Shown here: piece by piece, positions 58,146 through 64,000 of the stretch
Position numbering within the stretch: position 1 is the stretch's first letter
Layout: every line of letters begins with the position of its first letter
Origin: Epithemia pelagica
Lineage: Eukaryota > Protista > Bacillariophyta
Direction of reading: 5' to 3'
NCBI GenBank assembly: GCA_946965045.2
Contig: OX337240.1
Coordinates: 62,001 to 126,000 of the forward strand
Length of the DNA stretch: 64,000 nucleotides
Translations under genes and position numbers: made by a program
The notes under the pieces: model-generated
The model's input: the letters and a program-made list of their open reading frames with translations, nothing else
What the model was told of the DNA's origin: nothing
Databases searched by the model: none

Positions 58146-61100
58146 CTCCCCACAACTCGTCGTTTCAGCCTTGTCATCATTGGATTTGTTGAGATCTTGA
58201 ACTTCTCCTTTCCAAAACAGCAATGGCTTGAGCATGGGCCAAATAGATACGAAATCCCAATGTTTGCTAAGGATATCGGCAGGGTTGGTCTTTCCATCTT
58301 TCCAGTAGAATGCAACATACTTTGCTGCGATGGCTTCACAAACTCGGTGGTATGACAGAAGATGGTGTCTCTTGGATAGTATGGAATGAGGAACGGTTGC
58401 ATTGAGCACAACGGATCTGTTATCTCCGTACATGTAACTTCGCTCTCGGATAGGTACTCCAAGGTAGCGGAGAGAATGTCGTAATTCTGTAATCTGATCT
58501 ATTGCTGTCCTTGCAGCCACAAACTCGGATCCATAGGTAGCAGTTTCCACCGTGCTCTGTCTCTTGCTGTACCAGTCAATAGGTGTTCCGTTCAACAAAT
58601 GTAGAACAGCAGTGACGGATTTACCAGTGACTATGTCATGCATGAGATTGGCATCAACATAATGAGTTGTGGTAACATAGCGGCCAAGAGGTGTTGGGCA
58701 GTCTTCAGGAATACGTTCACTTGCATTCGAATAGACAGTGCGAGTCCAATCAAATTCTTGGGTAGGAAGACTTGAATAATCAGGCTCTCCAATCCTAAAT
58801 CTGATTGCGCCTTCTGGGAGATGTGCAAGGTATCCATAGATACGCTTGGCTCTATCAAGATGTCCTTTCCTCGGAGCAGCGCAAAAGCGTGATAGCGTCA
58901 TTGTAGCGGTGAAGACGTCGAAACGACCAATAGTGATCACCCATTGGAGTTGTCCAATCAGAGTTTGGAAATGGCTAGTACCTTCTTCATCAAGGAGCTC
59001 AGAATCATCCAATTCAGGATGGTCTCCACCAATAAGAGGTGTTTTGGCTTTCTTGGGTTTCTCCTTGAAGATTCGTTCGAAAGTGTCCATCATCTTACCA
59101 ATGTAGCGTCTTGGATCTGCTACTAATGTTCCATCAGAATCCTTGGTGTAACAACATCCCAAATGGAAATCAATAGGTCCATCTCCTTTGAGTTTGAAGT
59201 TGTATTTCTCCTTCAGGATCTTGCAGATATTCCCAGGATCAGTAGAAATAATGGCTAAGTCATCAACGTATACGGCAATGTATTCGTAACAGTCTTCTCC
59301 AGGTGCTTTCTTCATCCAGATATCCGGATCTGCTTTGCTTGGTGAAAATCCCATGTCTGTCAAAACATCGAATAAGACATCATGCCAGCGTGCGCCTGAT
59401 GACTTCAATCCATAAAGTGCCTTGTATATAATCAGGATGTGACCTTCTAATTCCTTGAATTCAGGTCCTGCGACAATGAAAATTTTCTCCCCTGTCAAGG
59501 CTTCCAGATATGCATTTCCAATATCTGCTCCCCATATTTCCAAGTCATTCAAAGTACCCAGGAATAAGGCAATGCGGAGGTTGCAAGTGGAAACAACACC
59601 TGAATAGATTGTCTCAACAGGTTCTTTCGTGAGATGTCCATCTGCGACAAGTCTTGCTTTATGTCGTCCATCATGTTTTACGTCAAAGACAAGATGTACA
59701 CGTATCTTATGATATCCTTCAGGCGCATTGGATACTTTCCCTTTAATGAAGATGGCTTTCCCAAAATCCTTGAATGTCTTGTAGGACTGGATCTGTGACA
59801 ATTCTAATTCTGTTGCATCCTGCCACTTTGTGTTGCCATGTTGTTTATCAAGAGCGACAGCTTCCTCATAATTGCGTGGTACTTGGAATCCAAACTTATA
59901 CTTGACGGAATGATGAACTTGTTTAATCCTTGACTGTTTGGCTGCTCGAATGAGACGTTTGCTTGTTTTGACATAACGTTTCAAATGCTTCCATCCAGGT
60001 TCGTTGAGTAAACCATGTTTCTTTCCATAAATTGCTACAGTGATCGGATCATCATTGGCGATGAGTGAATAAGGTTCATAGGTAGTCTCCCCAGTTTCCC
60101 AATCAACAAGCAAATTATATTTGCTCCCCTTGTAATCTGGATCAGTTGTGTTCAGTGGGCCTTGATGGGCAATGACATCCCTGAACCTGAAAAGATTATC
60201 TCCAGAGGTTTGAGCTTGGTTATCTCGTTCGATATACTCCATGAGTTGATTATAGGATATCATCTCATCAACATCAGAATTTGTCTTTCGGTAGATGTAT
60301 TTGACACGTTCTTCCTGTTTCGTTGCTTCTTCATTAAGATCAATGACTCGTTTGATGACACGTGCACGATGTCGCTCCCCATTTTCTTCTGTGTCGCATA
60401 AGAATGTGCGTCCTATCATGTCGTCAAAATCGATCGTGGGCATTGGTTTGGATGGATCTTCACTATCACTGCGAATGAAGACAGTGTCAGCTTGCTTATC
60501 ATTGTCATCCTTCTCAGACGAATCCTCCCCTGAAGGTCGATCCACACGTAGGTTAGGTGTAGTGGATTCAACACGGCGAACGGCAGAACGGTAGATTATC
60601 TGGTTATCTTGGGTGAGAATCTTCCAAGTAAAAGAATCACCAACGTTGTGAGCAAAACCAACCCAGTGGCCAAGTTTCTCATCAGAAGAAGATGGATATG
60701 AACCAGAATTGGGTTCAGCGGGGTCGACACGGTAGTAAACCTCATCCCAGAAAGGAAAGAACAAGAGATGAGTAATGTCGGGTGGGCGTCCGGAGAGAGC
60801 CTCAAGAGGAGTGCGACCGGAATGGGTGGGTGATGACGTATGGTTCAATAAGTCACAGACATACTCAAGGCAAAGAAGCCAGGTGTTGGCAGGGCAACCA
60901 GTGGCATTCATGAGAGCGTTGGTCATACGTTTAACGGTCTGGTAACGGTTTTCAGCCTTATTCTGGTGTTGATGATAAGGTTCAGATCGATACTCCCCAA
61001 TAAGCAAAGTGCGAAGAATGTCTTTGACCTTTTGAGAGATGAGAGATGAACCACCATCACTGATAAGAGTCTCCATGGCACCACGAAACCGGATGTTATC

Positions 61101-62639
61101 CTGAAGAGTATTGACAAACTGTTTGGTTGACTTGATCCCATAGATATCAGTAACCAGAGTATCTCGACCAACAAAGATTTGTGCGACTTTACCGCCATGG
61201 TCAACAGCAGGGGTGTCGGAGAAAACCGAGTCAGTAGCAACGGGTTCATGACGTCGAGGTATATTAAGGACCGGATTGCGAGCCTTGAAATGTTTCTTGA
61301 GGGTGTCGTGGTCAAAAGTAATGCTACCATTACGTGTAGTGTGCTTGAACGTATCGGCAATAACATCTTCAGATTGCCAACCAAAGAATGGACGGAACTT
61401 CTTCCAGTCATACGCTTCCTGGTAACGACGGTGGACAGAGGCATGAAGTGTAGGATCATTACCTTCTGCGTCAGCATAGATAGAAAAGAAGGGTGCGTCG
61501 TCGGGTCCATGATTGTATGGGAGATCCAAAAGGAGATTGAGGTTACAAACAACACGATCAGTGTACTCCCCATAGTTGTCATATGGATGGTTTGACATAC
61601 TACCATCAGTCTTGACGTGTTTCCAATCAGGATCATTGCCAGAGGGTGTGGGAGAATACGAATGGTCCAGAACACCAGGATCCCATGTGTCGGGTGACGT
61701 GAAGATGATCTGAGGTAAGGTATCCATGTCATCGTCGCTGGGGATACCCAAGGAGTGGATATAGGCTAACCCATCCTTGATGTGAAGGGGTATGGCACAA
61801 CCATCAAGTGTAGTGATGCGTTGTTTACCATCAACTTTAACAGATCGTTCATCAACAGCAAGTCCGAAATGCTCGAATTGACCAGGAGCATGGATAGATA
61901 AGCCCTTTCCATAATAAGCATATTCATTGAAGATGCCGACAATAGGTCCGTCATTGATCTCAAACTTTGCGGCACATGTGACGACAGGAAGTCCAGTAAG
62001 TTCATGGTTATCAATACCCACAATAGTGATATGGCGGGCAGTCTTAGAAAGGATGCGCATGTCAGAACCAGCAAGTCCTCCATTAGCACCACGGTCAATC
62101 AATTGATTTCCTGGTAAAGTAGATTTCCTGGAAAACAGATAGCGTGGAACATGTCCTGCTTGTTTATGCATGTTGGTTTTGAAAGTAACCTTCTTGCTCG
62201 TCTTGGACTTGGCGTTAGAAAGAACACTAGTCAGGTCAGTTGCCGGGTGATTGATATCAGTCGTCATGGCTTGGTTGATAAATTGTGTAACCGGATCTGA
62301 ATCATCTGGATGCTCAGGGACAACGCCAGGTGAGTCGTCATCAGATGCAACTTGGTTGGGGTCAGGATCAGGTTCCGGATCAATGTCGAGGGCATGTGTT
62401 TGCACTTTCCTCGGTGTTGTTGATGAAGGTGCTTGAATCATCTTGTTATACTCAATGATCAACTTGCGATCTTCTTCAGAAAGTTTGAACCATAGGTCAC
62501 GCGGTAGACTAACCTTGGACGAAGAGGATGGAGATTCAGATGTCGCTGTGGTGTTATGGACATGATACTCCATATCATCTTGTGAGGTTATGTCAGCATC
62601 TGTATCTTGGCCATATAGTGATTCATGTTGTTTGACATG
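58140..62639 (-). CDS. pol: Copia Pol region (PR-INT-RT-RNaseH), open reading frame
   Basis: LIDRGANGG; VATDSVFSD, LISDGG, QNKAE; ADIGNAYL, YVDDL; YVDAN, GSEFVA, NPADILSK. Open from 62639, directly after the gag TGA. Confidence 0.93.
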   Translation of the reverse strand, partial: HVKQHESLYGQDTDADITSQDDMEYHVHNTTATSESPSSSSKVSLPRDLWFKLSEEDRKLIIEYNKMIQAPSSTTPRKVQTHALDIDPEPDPDPNQVASDDDSPGVVPEHPDDSDPVTQFINQAMTTDINHPATDLTSVLSNAKSKTSKKVTFKTNMHKQAGHVPRYLFSRKSTLPGNQLIDRGANGGLAGSDMRILSKTARHITIVGIDNHELTGLPVVTCAAKFEINDGPIVGIFNEYAYYGKGLSIHAPGQFEHFGLAVDERSVKVDGKQRITTLDGCAIPLHIKDGLAYIHSLGIPSDDDMDTLPQIIFTSPDTWDPGVLDHSYSPTPSGNDPDWKHVKTDGSMSNHPYDNYGEYTDRVVCNLNLLLDLPYNHGPDDAPFFSIYADAEGNDPTLHASVHRRYQEAYDWKKFRPFFGWQSEDVIADTFKHTTRNGSITFDHDTLKKHFKARNPVLNIPRRHEPVATDSVFSDTPAVDHGGKVAQIFVGRDTLVTDIYGIKSTKQFVNTLQDNIRFRGAMETLISDGGSSLISQKVKDILRTLLIGEYRSEPYHQHQNKAENRYQTVKRMTNALMNATGCPANTWLLCLEYVCDLLNHTSSPTHSGRTPLEALSGRPPDITHLLFFPFWDEVYYRVDPAEPNSGSYPSSSDEKLGHWVGFAHNVGDSFTWKILTQDNQIIYRSAVRRVESTTPNLRVDRPSGEDSSEKDDNDKQADTVFIRSDSEDPSKPMPTIDFDDMIGRTFLCDTEENGERHRARVIKRVIDLNEEATKQEERVKYIYRKTNSDVDEMISYNQLMEYIERDNQAQTSGDNLFRFRDVIAHQGPLNTTDPDYKGSKYNLLVDWETGETTYEPYSLIANDDPITVAIYGKKHGLLNEPGWKHLKRYVKTSKRLIRAAKQSRIKQVHHSVKYKFGFQVPRNYEEAVALDKQHGNTKWQDATELELSQIQSYKTFKDFGKAIFIKGKVSNAPEGYHKIRVHLVFDVKHDGRHKARLVADGHLTKEPVETIYSGVVSTCNLRIALFLGTLNDLEIWGADIGNAYLEALTGEKIFIVAGPEFKELEGHILIIYKALYGLKSSGARWHDVLFDVLTDMGFSPSKADPDIWMKKAPGEDCYEYIAVYVDDLAIISTDPGNICKILKEKYNFKLKGDGPIDFHLGCCYTKDSDGTLVADPRRYIGKMMDTFERIFKEKPKKAKTPLIGGDHPELDDSELLDEEGTSHFQTLIGQLQWVITIGRFDVFTATMTLSRFCAAPRKGHLDRAKRIYGYLAHLPEGAIRFRIGEPDYSSLPTQEFDWTRTVYSNASERIPEDCPTPLGRYVTTTHYVDANLMHDIVTGKSVTAVLHLLNGTPIDWYSKRQSTVETATYGSEFVAARTAIDQITELRHSLRYLGVPIRERSYMYGDNRSVVLNATVPHSILSKRHHLLSYHRVCEAIAAKYVAFYWKDGKTNPADILSKHWDFVSIWPMLKPLLFWKGEVQDLNKSNDDKAETTSCGEC

Positions 62640-63827
62640 TCAACGGCGACTATGAACAGATGACTGGGTTGCTTGATCATGGTCATAAGCTGCATCTAGA
62701 AGGAGACGGAAGTATGATTGATAGCAAAGGGATTTTGCACCGGATTTGGTGTTCACCACATTATCCAAGATCTTGACTCGGCGGAGATCAGGTACCTTTT
62801 CTACAGCTTGCATGAAGAAGGTCATCCTGGTATGATCAGGGATGCGATCAGACAATGTCACTAGATTGTCTAGCAAACGTAGCTGCTCTTGAAAGTGTAG
62901 AAGAAATTGATGTGTTGTTCCGCGCCATGTGTCGTCAAGACGTAGATTGGAAATGTAGTTGGTTAAACGGAGAACCTCTCGCTTTGCTAGGTCGGATTCG
63001 GTATGCAAAGAGTGTAACTTCTGCAATACGGCACGCGCATCTTCATCATGTTCATGTTCACGTACATAGGCTCGACCTTGGTCAGTCTGAATGATACGGA
63101 CAAGAACAGAGTAAAGAAATACTTGTTGCTCTTGAAAAAGTTCTTCGGCATACTCATCATCATGGGGTGGTGTGTATTTGAAATTCAGAACGTTGGATAG
63201 GCCTTGAGCCTTAGCTGTAGTCTTGAATACACGCCAGAATGAATCGTAGTATCGTTCATCCTTGAATACCTCATATGCAGTTGCATCGCGCTTAGTTCCC
63301 TTTCTGAATGCTGTAAGGTCTTGTTGAGATTGGGATGCGGCAGTAACTGTGCTGACAGATTTCACAGATGACGGTGACTTCATTGGCGAGACTGGGACTT
63401 GACTAGGTGGTCCCTTAGAGAAATCTGTGTTGATCCTCCAAGTGTTGAACTCTTTCCTCGTTAGGTTCATCCAGTCGCTATTGGATAGCTCGTCTTGAAT
63501 TTCATTGGTCTTGTATATGGCCCAATAAGCCAAGAGCTTGATCTGCTGTCTTGTGGGGCCTTGTAGATCATGTGTCTGTTTGTTGACCTTGTATTGTGTC
63601 AGTTCCTTCATGGATTCCTCGGTATTAGTTTGCATATACGAGATAACATGGGTAATGTTCTCAAAACCATGGTATTTCATCCACTTCATTAAGTAGTCGG
63701 CCCTTTCTTTGGTAAAGAATTGGCAGACAGTAAATATGATGTGGTCAAATAGGTCTGTGTCCGAGACATTGTCTTGGTTATCTTCTCCCTTAAGAGTCGT
63801 AGGTGTCTTGGGTGATTGAGGATCCAT
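62640..63827 (-). CDS. gag: Copia Gag
   Basis: FRKGTKRDATAY..FKDERYYDSFWRVFKTTAKAQGL pattern typical of CoDi Gag; ends at a TGA in frame with pol. Confidence 0.85.
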   Translation of the reverse strand: MDPQSPKTPTTLKGEDNQDNVSDTDLFDHIIFTVCQFFTKERADYLMKWMKYHGFENITHVISYMQTNTEESMKELTQYKVNKQTHDLQGPTRQQIKLLAYWAIYKTNEIQDELSNSDWMNLTRKEFNTWRINTDFSKGPPSQVPVSPMKSPSSVKSVSTVTAASQSQQDLTAFRKGTKRDATAYEVFKDERYYDSFWRVFKTTAKAQGLSNVLNFKYTPPHDDEYAEELFQEQQVFLYSVLVRIIQTDQGRAYVREHEHDEDARAVLQKLHSLHTESDLAKREVLRLTNYISNLRLDDTWRGTTHQFLLHFQEQLRLLDNLVTLSDRIPDHTRMTFFMQAVEKVPDLRRVKILDNVVNTKSGAKSLCYQSYFRLLLDAAYDHDQATQSSVHSRR

Positions 63828-63829
63828 GG

Positions 63830-63959
63830 TGTTATTTGGTTGGTTCGATGTTTATTTAATGTGCGGTGTGATGTGGTTTATTTAATGTGTGATGTGTTAT
63901 TTGGTTGGTTCGATGTTTATTTAATGTGCGGTGTGATGTGGTTTATTTAATGTGTGATG
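63830..63959. repeat. 65-bp tandem duplication in the element's 5' leader
   Basis: Units start at 63830 and 63895. Confidence 0.9.
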
Positions 63960-64000
63960 TGATGTGAACCCGGATGTACCACGTGTGCCACGTATGTACC

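Larger units (their letters stand above)
57527..64000 (-). mobile_element. Second Ty1/copia (CoDi-type) retrotransposon; 5' LTR lies beyond the window
   Basis: Gag, Pol, PPT GTGGGGAG (58146-58153) and a 3' LTR with TGTTAG...CTAACA ends. Confidence 0.93.

Noticed and set aside
1-64000. Variant genetic code or general stop reassignment to explain the many in-frame stops
   Set aside because: TAA, TAG and TGA each end well-conserved genes here (ACBP/ELO/VHA-c TAA, DUF2358 TAG, CLC TGA), and the internal stops correspond to different residues (K, Q, W, R).
1-64000. tRNA or rRNA genes
   Set aside because: GTTCGA-like words occur (e.g. near 5019 and 54161) but none sits in a cloverleaf context; no rRNA signatures were seen.

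Overview
Eukaryotic nuclear DNA, most likely from a pennate diatom. This is inferred from short GTACGT/GTAAGT...AG introns, ASAFAP-type bipartite plastid presequences, a fused guanylate cyclase/phosphodiesterase gene and CoDi-type Ty1/copia elements. Apparently intact genes: CLC Cl-/H+ antiporter, ELO elongase, a divergent V-ATPase c subunit, two paralogous RING-HC proteins, a DUF2358-like protein, a DOT1-like SAM methyltransferase, a GNAT-like protein, two EGF type-I membrane proteins, a cyclase-PDE fusion and ACBP. Disrupted genes: a kinase, an ARM/coiled-coil gene, a plastid membrane-protein gene, a double-VWA secreted protein and a DUF547 gene. Mobile DNA: one complete young copia element (25531-31735), a second copia element running off the right edge, and two MITE-like elements. 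The most striking signals are in the first copia element: a primer-binding site matching the D-arm of initiator tRNA-Met, an in-frame UGA gag/pol junction followed by a hydrophobic segment, and a 6-bp TSD. Also notable are a ~46-aa loop insertion in the V-ATPase c subunit and a double-VWA protein with a Tyr/Lys/Gly-rich tail. All family assignments come from motif recognition by eye; no database searches were run.
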